This document shows positions 7,798-19,924 of a stretch of 20,000 nucleotides of DNA, one piece after another (within the stretch, counting starts at the first letter, position 1; every line of letters begins with the position of its first letter). The position numbers were made by a program, and so were the translations under genes. The stretch comes from Folioceros fuciformis (taxonomy: Eukaryota). Where the stretch lies: positions 61,153 to 81,152 of the forward strand of contig JBNGIO010006148.1 of assembly GCA_049999805.1 (NCBI GenBank), in the 5' to 3' direction. The notes beneath the pieces are model-generated. The model was not told the origin of the DNA. It saw only the letters and a program-made list of their open reading frames with translations, and made no database searches.

Positions 7798-10700
7798 CCT
7801 CATGATCGAGCTGAGCTCGCCCACGTTCTTCACATCTTCCTGCCCGACTTCCAGGCCTTCCTGCAGTCACCGGTGTTTATTCCGCCTTCCTGATTGTCGC
7901 TACTTCCAATTGATGGACGACGTTCGTCAGTTTTTGCAGCTGAGGAGGAATCTCTGAGCTTCTAGCGTTATGAATCAATTTTGTGAATGGAGTGTCTTTA
8001 GGGGCCCAAAGTGGAGGATAGGGCGCAAGTCATGTCCAAGGAGGTCAGGCTACCCAATGCTGGACCTACACCAGCTATACTGGACGATCAGGATGCACAA
8101 ATTGTGAGTCAAGTGTCCAAGGCCCAAGAACCCAATTTTCTAATGGGCACTAGCTGACGATCGTCTTGGTATGTTCTCGCTCTGAAAGGCTATCAAGCTC
8201 AGTAACGACTTTCACCTTAATGAACTGCACTGTGTGGGTCTCCTGGTACACGCTCATCAAGAGGTACTGGTTGTCACCTTGATATGTCGCTTTTAGTTTT
8301 CTGGAATTCTGGTCAAGGATGTGCATCATTGAATTGTGTTGTCGGCCTTCGCCAGTGCAATCTTCAACATAGGGAACCCCTGGAAGTTTTACGGCTCACA
8401 GCTGGTCTCCGCTTCGCTGAGAGGAGGGCTCTTATCACAACGTTGCTGCTGCTGCTTAGAGTGAGCTCCACGAAGCAAGCTTTTAGCTGAAAGATGTGTA
8501 TCTGGTCGGTCCACACCGATCGTTTGGATGATTGAGCCTCTCAAGACTGTTATTCTGATGGATTGCGTGGCTTCAGACCGTGGTGCTGGACGAAGAGCTG
8601 GATCCTGATGTGATTGCTGAAGTTCGAGAATATGTCGAAGGTCTCCTCTTGTCGGGGCTGCGAAATAGACTTGTGGAGTTGATCAAGGTATCGTTTCGCT
8701 GAGAATCTCTGAGATTTATGCAGTCGGTTTCTCTTGAGGGTATCTAACAAATCGTATTCCGCTCTGGTAGGAATTAAATCGAGAAGAGCCGGCCGGGTTG
8801 GGAGGCCCTGGAGTTGAGCCTTACGTGATTGATTCACGAGGGTCTCTTGTTTTGCGGTATGATATTGCACAGAGGGAAAGGTTAAACCTCAGTCAGTGCC
8901 TTGTCTACACCTGTCTGATCGTTCGTATAAGTATGGACTGGCACACTTCCTGTATTCACTTTCAGTTCTTCACATTGTTCCAAGCTGCGCGTTTGATATC
9001 GTGATGGGTATTGACGGACAAAAGCGCTGCTTTCTTTAGGTTCAGTAGAAGCAAAAGACTTGTACAATCTACTGAAGGACACGTCTACAGATCATAGCAT
9101 CTCTCAAGGCCCTGTAAAACTTCAGGTATCTTATTTGACTAGCTCCTTCCGATTTTCAGTTGTGTGGAATGGCTTTGGGTTCAATCCTGCAAGTGAGCCT
9201 CGAATAGGTTACTCCTGCTTGCCTACATTGTTTTGCGGACTAAGTGTGTCTAAACTATTTTCAGATTGTGTACACAATTATGTTCAGCCTGGTCATCTCG
9301 TTGTTGTCTGACGCCTTCGGGGGAGGTCAAGATATGGCAGCTGTCCTTGCTCCTGATGCATCTTTCCGTCGGAGCTTTCAAGAGCTGGTGACACTTACTG
9401 TGCCTAGGAAAAAAATAGTGTGCTGTGTAATTGTGTGAGCGAATGTAACCCAGTTTTCTCTGCAGGTCGTTGGAACTGGCCTTGATGCAATGACAGAGGG
9501 TTTCACTGGAGTCATCAGATTTGTGTGGGCTGTATTTCTGGTCCTTACTTCTGGGGTGGCTAGTCCTGCAGAGGATGAGGCAAATGCAGCAGTCTGCCTC
9601 AATCGTGCCTGCGAACATGATGTCTTTGACTTTTTGACCAACAGAGTAGTCAGAACTGCTGCCTTTCAGGTTGGTCTATTATATCTTACGTCTCTGCATC
9701 TTAGTGAGACTTGTTAGCGTTATCTCAAGAAAAACACTGAGCACTTCGGAAGAATGTTGACTGGCTCATATCTCATAACCGCCCTTGTCTCACCGTTCAC
9801 CAGAATGATGAGGAGGACCTTTTGTTCATATTTAGTGCCTATCTACACAAGCTTCTGACCAGCTTTCTGTCGCAACCCCTTGGACGGGACAAGGTGGGTC
9901 AGTTTCACTTGTTTTAAAAGTGTGTTCCTGTTTTGTTTCCATGCAGTTTTAGCGACCCTGTCCCCCACTGTTCATTCCTTGGATTCCAGTGTCTGAAGCA
10001 AGTTTCTGCAGGTCCGAGAGCTCAAGGAGCTAGCCATGATGTCCTCCGATGCTCTTGACAATGAATCAATTGTCCCAGTTGCAGAGGACAACGGTAGGGG
10101 CGAACAGCAGGCTGCAGCCCAAGGAAAGCCGTTTGTGTCACTGCTGGAACTCTTAGCTGAACTTTACCAGGTATGCATTTTGAGCGTGGACGTTCCAGGT
10201 GTTAACATATCAATGCCAGACGCAGTGCTGAAGATTGTGGTTCTCTGTTGCAGAGGGAAGCAGAGCTCATGGTTGACAATGAAGTCATTTGGAATTTTGT
10301 GCGATTTGCTGGTGAAGACCATAACAGCTATGTCACTTTGGTGGCTTTCTTGCATATGATGACTGCATTGGTATGCACCCTTTCTACACATTTGCATTCT
10401 GGGGACTCAAATTAAGTGCGTTACCATACATCCAACTAAAGCTGCCTGGTTATGCAGGCCTCAAGCGAAAATGGAGCAAAGAGGGTGTACCAGCTGATGC
10501 AAAACAAATCAATGAGGTCTTTGGGGTGGAACACGCTCTTCAATTCGCTGGTTGTGTATGAGCAGCAATTTAGGCAGAGGAAGCAGACCGCTGGGTCACT
10601 GCTTCCGTCATTTCCAGAAGGTGATGCTAGGGCATTGGAGGCTTACTTAGGAGTTCTACGTCAGGTATTTAATGGCAGCTCAGGTGTCTCCTGTACTTCT

Positions 10701-13700
10701 CGAGATCTTCTGTTCTTTGTGCTTCCATGTGATCTCTCTTGATTCCACTGCTGGGATTGCAGGTCATGGAGTCAGGAAATGAGGTGGAAAGAACGCAGTG
10801 GTTTGCTGACATTGAGCCTCTGTTCAAGTTATTACCTTGGGAAAATGTGCCCCCTCGCCTGAAGGTACTCCTGACTGGAAGCTTCAATCAGGCGACATTT
10901 TTTTTCCAATTTGAATGCCTTCACTCACTAGCTTGTCCTGCTCTCAGGGTGCTCTCCGCAGTGCCATTACAGCATTTGTACCTGTATCAACCGTTGTAAG
11001 AGACAAGGTGTGGAGGTATCTGGAGCAGTACGATCTTCCAGTTATTGCAGCACCAGCAGTTGCGGATGGAAATCTCACTCACATTCAGTCCAAGGTAAAG
11101 GAACGTACTTCCCTTCTATCAGGCCAGCCTTGCTTTGAGTCTGACCTTTAGAACGCACACTTTGAATGTGACTTGATTGTTCGTTTGCTGACACGTGTCC
11201 TTTTCATATGCTCCAGACTCATGACATGGCATTTGAACTGAATGAAGTAGAAGCTCGGTTAGAAGAATACCCATCCACATTGTCCTACCTGGAGCTGCTG
11301 AATGCTCTTATTGCTAGTGAGATTGATCAATCTGATAAAGGGCATAGGTATGTTGGTTCTGTTCTAGGTTTAATCTGTACCAGAGATTCAATGTTCTTCT
11401 AGAATCTTTGCTCTGGCGTTCTAGTCAACAGTTTTCTAGTGAAAGGACTCATTGTTTGCTGGGAAGATGCTGAGAGCGCGTTTTGTTCCAGGTACATTGG
11501 CATTTTTAGATTTGTTCGGGACCAAGTGTTTGCGCCATATGCTCAAAGGGCCTATGCTGATCCAGTAGAGAAATGGCAGCTTGTAGTTGCAGCACTTCGG
11601 CATTTTCAAACGTGAGGGTACTACTCTGGCCACTTTGAGTTGCTGGATGACTAGTTGACTGGTGCTACCATCTATGTTTTCGAAGTGCAACATGGATTCT
11701 TCATGCTGCTGTAGAGTGAGTTTCTGCATGCTCATTGCTTTTGGCTTGGATGATTCTGGGTGACTTGGCAGTATGCTGAGTATGTATAAGTTCTCAGAAG
11801 ATGATATCCGGAACAATTCAGACCAAGTGGTACAGTCAAGCAGTGGAACAGGCATGGGAAGTCAAGTTGCTGGAGCATCTCGTCTGCTGTTGCCGTCATT
11901 GGAGCTTATGAAGGTATACCCTGAATTTGCTGTAAGGGCTACTTTGCAACCAAGAGGATGGTGTTGAATGGTTTCTCAAAGTCAAATGCTGTGTTTGCAG
12001 GACTTCATGAGTGGCAAAGTTATTTTCAGAAATATAATTGGTATTTTAATGGTGAGGGTCAATGGGCTCTTTGAAGAACGTACCAGCCAACTATATGGCC
12101 CCTATTTGGAAGAAGCAGTGCAGCTTTGTCTTCAACTCATTCTTATTGCTTTATCAAAAGATACCCTCATTGCAGATTTTTGGCGTCCAGCTTATCAGGC
12201 AAGTGCCTATTGTCTTGAAAGTGTCCAAAAGGGATGTGCAACTGCCATTGAGCTGGAGGATTTGTGTGTTCAAATGTTGCGGATGTTTCTTGTGTGTAGA
12301 CTGTAGATGTAATTCTGTATCATGATACCGAACAAATTATAGCACTTTTGGAGTATGTCCGCTATGATCCCCACCCTATGATTCAGCAGTACTCGGTTCA
12401 GATTATGAACGTTTTAAGGTAAACAGATTTCAGCTCATTTGGTTTAGTATTGAACGTATAGATTGTGGCTCAGAGCTTTCCCATGGCATTTTGACTGGTC
12501 CTGCGGAGCATGTAGTCTTGTCTGTGATGCTGTTCACAGGCGAGAGCCAAATTTGGTTGGGCGAATCTCAAGCAGAATCCCATTGGTATTGCAGTGCACG
12601 TATCCCACAGCTAGTGCCGATTATCCTGGAAGCAGGAGCGGCATCCTGTATTGTGGAAGACTGTGCAGCGTGTCTGGAGGCACGCATTCGGGATCTGAAT
12701 GCTACTGAGAGCTCTGAGGATGACACTGGTTCCCTTATTCTTAGGGTGAGTCATATGTTCGCAGAAATATAGGTTATTTTATTTCTCGAATTGATACTAT
12801 TCGGCTGCATTTTAATGTCTACCGTATCGCTGTCTGCAGCTTTTAATTGAGAACTTAAATGGGTCTAACCTCAACATAACGCTTTTGCTGCTCGGATTTG
12901 ATCTCGACCAACCTGCTAGGAGTATGCTAGAGCCAAAGCGTCAGTACAGGTGCAGCAGGGTCTCATTTGATTTGGTTACTTACCCTTTGTGGGTTGACCG
13001 TGTACTCATTTCCAATTTCACAATGCAGCTGTTTACGCGTGGTGCTAGACATGCTGGATACCTTATCAAGGCCTGAAGTTAATTATACTCTCCATGAGCT
13101 TGGGTTTCAGGTTATCTTTACACCCTGTTCTTTTCTTTAAATTGATTTCAATCCTCAAAGTGGATGGCCTGGAGGCCTTGCTGTTTTTCTTTTTGAAGCT
13201 TGGTGGATTTTAATCAGTTGGTAGATTGTTTGGTTTTGCAGTTGATATATGACCTCTGCATGGACCCAGTGACAAGTGGAGCAACTGTGGACCTCTTACG
13301 CACAGAGAAATATGATTTCTTTTCTAAAGTAACTTACAATCTCGTCCTCCCTGATGAGTTCGTTTTCTTGGATTTCGGGTCCTGTGCTAATGATGTGCAC
13401 CTTGCAGCACCTGGATGGTTTTGCGTCTGCCTCCCTCCCTGACCGGAGTGATAACCAGCCATTTCGTGTGAGCAACCTGCAGCAGGTATTCTTCGCCTGG
13501 TAGTTTGACAGGCTTCCAGTTGGTTTGCAGCCTGGAAGACATCTGCTCTCATTTAACCTTTAACATTTTCTACAGAGAGCCTGGTTGCTTAAGCTTATTG
13601 CCCTGGAGCTTCATTTGGCTGATACTGATGTGGCTATACATCGTGAACGCTGCCGACGTTTATTAGCCCATGTGTTTTTGAGGGACGCGCCTGGATCTGA

Positions 13701-16700
13701 GAATGGCTTTCTCTCGTCCGTGGTGCCTCTGAGGCTCACATATTCATCCTCTGAAGTCATTTCGAAGATCAAGGTACGTCTGGATACCTGGGTTGTCGGT
13801 GCAGAGCCAGGAATAAGTGCTTCTCGTCTCCCATGTGGGTTCCTGCCAGGCTTCTGCCAAGAGGGTTTCTGGCCAGGAGGGTTCCTGTCAGGTTTCTGGC
13901 AACCAAAGCCTAGCCTCTTGTCCTTCCACGAGGCCTGACACGAGTTCGTGGCATGTTGCTCTAGCAACTTAAAGGGTCTCGTGGCCTGTCACCTGAAGGT
14001 CTTCATCTTTTGCAGGTCTTGGAGCTGCTCGACATTGTTATGTTCCAGCTGTCTGAGATAGATACAGAATTTCTGCCCGAATTGCAGGGTTTCAAAGATG
14101 ATCTCAAGGTATGACACGGCAGCAAGGTCCTTGTGGGACTTTTATTAAGTATCAAGATTCCTTTGACAGTGCTGGCCTGACTCGTGGCTTGATATAATTT
14201 GTGCAGGTGGATGAGTTGCTTACCAACACATCAACAGTGGACATGGGTGGCGTGTATCGCGTGTCTGACAGGGGGGACAGACTTATTGATATTACTGCAC
14301 TTAGAGATTGCTTGTGGCAGGTCGGTGTCGATTCTTTCTCTGCTCCCTAAGCTTGTAGCTTTATGTCTAATGCGTTTGTGGAACTGTCAGGAATACAAGA
14401 GGCTCGAATTGCATCACAATATTCTGGCTAATGGCCACCGGCAAGCAGAGTTGAGAGAGGCAGTGAAGCAATTCATTAGATGGGCCTGGAGGAGGAATAT
14501 CAATCTCGAAGAGCAGGCAGCGCAAGTGCATATGCTAGTTGGGTGGACCCAGCTAGTTGAGGTGAGTAACCCTGTTGCTGTGCTGGCGTTACGTGACCAA
14601 ATAGTGCCTTAGTTCCGGACTTCTTGACGTATGGAGAATTCATTTGCCGGCATTCCTGGCAGGTGGCCATTTCAAGAAGATTTGAGTTTCTGGGCAGTCG
14701 AGCACAGATTCTTTTTGAGTAAGATGTCGTGGCTTCAGCTCTTGCAGACAAGATGCAACTGCTCTCAAGACTGATTGGCTCGTTTCTTGTGCAGCATACT
14801 GGATGCAGCATTAAGTGCAAGCGTATCATCAGATTGCTCGCTACGGATGGCTTCGACCCTTTGCCAGGTGAATGCTGATTCGCAGATGCATGATATCCTG
14901 TACTTGCAGGGATTAGTTTTCGTTGGCCTTTAGCAGAATAATTCGACGGTCATTGGTCTGAACAGTGTTGTGAACTTGCAGTTGGTCCTGACAGCTATGG
15001 CAAAGCTGCAAGAGCTCAGCATCGTCTCCCCTGGAGAGGGTGAAAGTACAGACGATGTAACATATCTTGATCTTTTATCAACTGTCCGGCTTTCCAACAG
15101 TGCGTGCCACACTATACTGTCAAAATTAATTGCTACGATTCTACGCCCCGAATCATCTGAAAATTTGCGCAGACGGTAAGTTCCATGTAAAATATGTGGT
15201 ATCCAGTAGGGACTACTACCGTTCGTTTCCTCTCCTAACAGAATCTCTAACGTTCTCGTGTTCAGGCAGTATGCGACCCTGTTAAGGTACTTCCATTATT
15301 CACAAGGGATGGTAAAGCATGATCTCCCAGTGTCTGTGATGCAAACCCTCCTGATGAATGGGAGTGAAGGAGAGGAGGATGCCGAGATTGAAAAGGTAGG
15401 CAGCCAACGCGTAATGCAAGTCTTTCCATTGCTGGGAGCGAAGTGTTTCTGTTGCTTGAATACTTCATTGTTGGGAACACGTCTGTGAGAGTCATGGAAG
15501 TATTTTGGAATGTTCAGCTTGATCGGGAGCAAACAGAGCTAGCTCAGGGGAATTTCGCAATTCTCAAACAGGAAGCAACGGCACTTGTTGATGTGGTATG
15601 TAACTATGTGTGGTGCTTGTGCCTCGCTGCTTAAAATGATCGAATACATTGTCCTAACAGATGAGTTTTGTTCAAGATGGCTTGGTGTTGAGTGTGGTTT
15701 CTTACTACTGGGCTTAATTCGAATGGGCTCACAGGTAGCAAGGGATGCTATGCATGGTACTGAAGTGGGCAAGGCTATTGCTTTTTATGTCCTCGATGCG
15801 TTAATAGCAGCAGATCGTCAACAAGTTTTTCTGAGCCAATTCCAGAGTCGTGGCTTGCTACAATCATGTCTTGCGGATGTTAGCTCCAACTCTTACCAGG
15901 TGCGATAGGGCTATCTTTTTTTTGTCTTGACATGTAGATGTGTGTGTGTTTGCGGTTTTTTAGCTCAGCGTGTTGCAATTGTCAAGCACGTCGCTGGCGC
16001 CAAGGCCAGGTTGTCGCTAAGGTGTCCGGGGTGATCTAACATGAGAATGCATGGGACACACTATGTGTTGACGACAGGCAATTCTTATACCATCCCCCGA
16101 TTCAGTGCGACGCCTGTACACGGTGGAAGCAGAGCTGGGTCTGCTTCTGCGAGTTAGCTACAACTCCAAAAAACGTGGAACACAAGCACTCTTCGCCATG
16201 GGTGCATTGAGGAGCCTGTCTGCCTGCCGAGCGATAGATATCCAGTTGACGGTACGAGAGAAACCCCTGAGTTTGTTAGAATGCCGTGTAAATCGCCTCA
16301 AGCATGCGGTAATGGCGCGCAAGTTATGATTTTTCAGGAAGGCAAGCGGGAGCACAGTGTGAAAATTGGCATTGGGCTTCCGTCACAGCACGACAGGCAA
16401 CATCAGATTGTGGCCCCGGTTCTTCGTCTTGTGCTATGCTTCACTTCTCTTGTTGACACCTCCGCCACTCTCGAGAAAGTAAGCGTTCAGTTTTGCTAAT
16501 CCGTGTATGTCTATTCGATCGCACTTTTTCACAAGATACTGGGGGACCTGGCGGAAGAGTGCACCAGTTAGAGAGACGTGTCTGCCCTTGGCATTCACGC
16601 ACCCTGTGTCGCTGTATCTTTCTAGGGACAAGACGAGGTGGTGCTGGAGATCGTGGAATTCTGTAAGATACATCAAGGATTGCTCGAGCGAATCCTTAGA

Positions 16701-18382
16701 CATGATATTCAAGGGGTGGAACTCGCTGATGTGGAGGAAGTTCATCTGGTTACAGCCATACTGGCGAAGGTGCGTCCTTAGGTGTTTTTTTCCTTGTTTT
16801 TTTTTTCCAATATGTATGAATTTCATCCATTCCTTGCTGGTCCTCTCCACTCCTGACCGTCGATTTTGTTTTGATGCAGGTCTGGCCACTTGCGGAGTCT
16901 TCAGATTTTGGGTTTACCCAGGGTCTCTTCAACCTCGCGTACGTTTACTTCTCTCCCGATTCAGAAACACGGAGCGAAGTCGTCAAGCACATCCGATTTA
17001 ATGAAAGGAACCCAGACCTTACAGCAGCTGACCGAGAGGTAGACATGAGTCGAGGCGATCGTAAGTTTTGCTTTCACGTTGTTGCATCTCCTGAATGGGT
17101 TGTGTGATTTGGCAGGGTGTACGGAAGATGGAGCTGTTGGTAGCTAGGATTAGGTGCAACCTGATAACTTTCCTGTACTCTATGGTGGCCAAGCATGGGC
17201 TCCGGTTGCACATTAGCAGGCCAGACGTAATTCCCGTTCTTCATCATCCGGTACATGTGGTGAACTTTTGGTCATGAACAGCGTAGATGATTGATGTATT
17301 TCCTTTGTTCCTTGGTGGTCGGCCAACAGGTTCCTGAACAGAAGATGAGTGCGACTCAATACAACCTGGGAAGGCAGAGGCAACCCACGCTGAAGCTGGT
17401 GAGCGAACTGCTGTACCAGTCCAGCCTGGACTTGGAGTCTGCTCTGGAGGATAAGACATTACTTCTGGCCAAGGTGAGGGATCCGCGTTGTGTGTTATTT
17501 TGTGTGTAAAGGTTAAAAGGTTTGAGTTTAGATCTCCTTTCTTGGGTGTGCAACACCCCTACATCTACATCCCTGATGTGTGCAGCTGGAAGATGTAAAT
17601 GAGCTGTCGAGGCACGAAGTAGACCTCATCATCAAGGCCTACGGCAGACAGGAGGAGGCAGACGCAGGAGACACCCTCCGCAAGAGGTAAGCGACAGCGT
17701 GCTGGCCAGGTCCTGCACTGTGGTGACGTCGTGAAACTGAACTGAGGCACGTCGTGTTCCGGCTGCACAGGAGGTTCTTGGCCATGATTGAGATGTGCAG
17801 TGCTGCTGGGGCGAAGGACAGTTTGGTCACGTCCCTGTTATACATGGTGGAACACAGCCTAGAGATTTTGTACATCCACTTGGAGACGAGGTTAGCAAGT
17901 GATTCTCCCTCCTTCCTTCCTCCTCCTTCCTTCCTCCTCCTTCTTCCTTCCTATCCAGGGCCCTCCCGCAAGCTGCACCGTCCTGACGCGGTCGTCTCCA
18001 ACCACTCTCCGCAGGCTGGCGCGCGTAAAAGCGGACGTAAGCTTCAAACCCATTGACGACACGGAGAAAGCGTTGGGCAGCAAGGAGGAGGTGAGCGTCC
18101 TGATGGACCGCCTGCTCCCCATATTCGACTCGCTGGGCGCCATGACTGAGGTACCGGCCCTCTCCACACCACACCACCCGACAACATGTGTCCCTAACGG
18201 AACTCACTTTCCGTTTCCTTCGTACTAGCTAGCTATGTCACTAATACGGCGCCCCTGGGCGTGGCGGGTGTGGCGGGCGGTAACAGGATCGAGTGGGTCG
18301 CAGCACGCAGCACTTGCAGCGACTGGTCCGCTCTCTCAGACCTCGGATCCTCTCCCAGCTGGTTCTAGAAGGAGGCGCGTAG
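7798..18382 (+). CDS. NUP205: Nuclear pore complex protein NUP205, at least 45 exons, about 1890 aa visible; 5'-partial because of the gap
   Basis: Exons: 7798-7872, 8002-8103, 8189-8263, 8356-8460, 8577-8687, 8771-8930, 9040-9125, 9265-9387, 9466-9669, 9804-9893, 10012-10170, 10254-10370, 10458-10664, 10763-10864, 10948-11094, 11217-11347, 11492-11611, 11772-11913, 12001-12198, 12300-12418, 12595-12745, 12840-12949, 13029-13110, 13242-13328, 13408-13485, 13576-13773, 14016-14108, 14207-14320, 14391-14561, 14663-14718, 14795-14867, 14982-15175, 15266-15395, 15518-15595, 15735-15899, 16078-16251, 16338-16478, 16626-16769, 16880-17038, 17116-17226 (or 17250), 17330-17473, 17586-17686, 17771-17890, 18015-18150, 18287-18382 (TAG). 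Frame is continuous. Peptides ELNREEPAGLGGP, DSRGSLV, FKLLPWENVPPRLKGALR, ELNEVEARLEEYPST, IIALLEYVRYD and NLEEQAAQVHMLVGWTQLVEV match plant NUP205 as recalled. Confidence 0.93.
12199..12299 (+). other. Non-canonical GC-AG intron in NUP205
   Basis: CAG|GCAAGT donor and TGTAG| acceptor. This junction gives FWRPAYQ|TVDVILYHD...IIALLEYVRYD, colinear with the homologues as I recall them. Confidence 0.8.
17903..17952 (+). repeat. Pure pyrimidine (CCT/CCTT) low-complexity tract in a NUP205 intron
   Basis: ttctccctccttccttcctcctccttccttcctcctccttcttccttcct. Confidence 0.85.
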
Positions 18383-18804
18383 CTAGCTGGTACAGTAGCC
18401 GGGATGCAATGTAGAGTGGGTGTTCCACACCCAAGGTAGCCGGGCAGCCCTGCTCCAGAGTGTTGCAAGGTGTGGGCTGCGGGTTGGCCCCGACCTTGTT
18501 CTTTATGTGGCAAAAGCTGATCCGTCAAGTTGGGGCGCGGACTCGTCGTAACCTGCCGTGTGTGGCAGTGTGCACTGGAGCAAGGTTGCCAATGAGCGTC
18601 ATGCACACGTAGGGCCGGCAACAGGGCTCAAATCTGGGGCGCGAGGCGGGGCCCTCCTCCGGGCCAGACGGTCGCATGTGGTACGACTGCGTTGCGCCAC
18701 CTGCGCCTTCCCTCCGCCGATTTTATGAGACCCGAGGTTGAGCTTGCCCTGCTCCCCCCCTGGTTGCTCAACCTTGCTGGGCCTGGATCGCGGTAAGGCT
18801 GTCG

Positions 18805-18874
18805 TGCCTTGCCCTGCCGTTCCTTCCCTTGCCTTGCCCTGCCGTTCCTTCCCTTGCCTTGCCTTGCCTGCCCT
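18805..18874. repeat. Perfect 25-bp tandem duplication built from TGCCT/TGCCC/TCCCT pentamers
   Basis: tgccttgccctgccgttccttccct occurs at 18805-18829 and again at 18830-18854, then continues as degenerate pentamers. Confidence 0.9.
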
Positions 18875-19030
18875 ACCCGGCCCGCTCCAGCCCCTGCCCT
18901 AACCCCGATAACCAATCAGTCGCGCCAGCGGGAACGCAGGCAGGCAAGCAGGCAAACGAGGAATGTTCACAGGAGATGTATCTAGGCAATAGACTACATG
19001 CATGGGCGTGCTGGAGTGGGCAAGGACGCG

Positions 19031-19125
19031 GAAGGCAGGGGAGGGGAAGAGAAGAATGAAGGGGAAAGGGGGAAGAAGGGAGAAAAGAATGAGGGAAAAG
19101 GAAGAAGGAGAAGGAGGAGGAGAAG
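19031..19125. repeat. Near-pure polypurine (GA-rich) tract
   Basis: About 95 nt made almost entirely of G and A. Confidence 0.85.
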
Positions 19126-19129
19126 TGTA

Positions 19130-19589
19130 TTATAGTGCAACCTTTTTGCTGTCCTGTCCTATGTGTGGGACTAGGTATGTCCTTTTGACAACAACTGGTA
19201 TCATGGTGGGCCTAAGCCCTAAGCTTTTTTGTTGCAACGCGGGCACACCGTCCACTGCATCCCAGTAGGTAGCCAGCCCAGCCAGGCGGCCAGCCAGCCC
19301 ATGAAAGCTCTGGCTGGATACATACTTAACTACCAGCGCTGATATTTTATCCCGCATCCACCATATCCAGTTTGGCCTAGTTGCGAGGAGGACATGGAGA
19401 TGGAGAAGGAGAAGGAGAAGGAGAGGGAGCAGAAGCGATGAAGATTGGATTGAGTGACGGTGGATTGGGGAATGTGGCCATGGCACTAACGTACATACGT
19501 ACCGATGTAAACACATACCTGGCTTTTGCATTGCATGAAGAGCAAGAGATGGCATTCGAATGATTGCTGATGTGAGCACGGCTGGACAT
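19130..19589 (-). other. Possible small spliced transcript (hypothetical 105-aa orphan ORF or lncRNA)
   Basis: TATA-like (TA)5 at 19775-19784; ATG at 19589; donor CCAG|GTATGT at 19519/19518; pyrimidine tract and CTAG| acceptor at 19377/19376; in-frame join to TAA at 19132-19130. No recognisable homology. Confidence 0.25.
19396..19428. repeat. (GGAGAA)n hexamer microsatellite
   Basis: ggagatggagaaggagaaggagaaggagaggga. Confidence 0.8.
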
Positions 19590-19714
19590 GGAATCCAGGG
19601 GGGCGCCCTGGCTCTGGGGCTGGGCCGAGGGGCGGCGATACTGCACTGCTCTCCGTCCCTAGGATTCGGGGCCCAGCCGCCCAGGCCCATGCCCACGCCC
19701 AGGCCCTGGCCCGG

Positions 19715-19765
19715 CGAGACGACACGAGACGAGACGAGACCAAATGAAACGAAGCGGAACGAAAC
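19715..19765. repeat. Degenerate (CGAGA/CGAAA)n pentamer repeat
   Basis: cgagacgacacgagacgagacgagaccaaatgaaacgaagcggaacgaaac. Confidence 0.8.
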
Positions 19766-19852
19766 TTCACAATGTATATATATAGCGAGAGTTGGGATGG
19801 GTGAGTTGCCATAAATATCGTCCACTGTGTGTAATAGCAATTGGAAGTGGCA

Positions 19853-19924
19853 GGGGAAAGGGAAGGAAGGGGCAGGCCAAGGGCGAGGGAAGGGAAGGGC
19901 AGGGCAGGGAAGGAGAGGGGAGGG
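19853..19924 (+). repeat. G-run-rich pentamer repeat (AGGGA/AGGGC), G-quadruplex-type motif
   Basis: GGGCGAGGGAAGGGAAGGGCAGGGCAGGG at 19881-19909, with further G runs on both sides. Confidence 0.75.

Noticed and set aside
16434-17001. 151-aa and 164-aa ORFs
   Set aside because: They span NUP205 introns and an exon in the wrong frame or strand; no homology recognised.
18805-18874. Direct repeats as a CRISPR-like array
   Set aside because: No spacers; simple tandem duplication in a eukaryotic genome.
18241-19268. ORFs rich in RQGK, PCP or EK repeats
   Set aside because: They are translations of GC-rich microsatellites.
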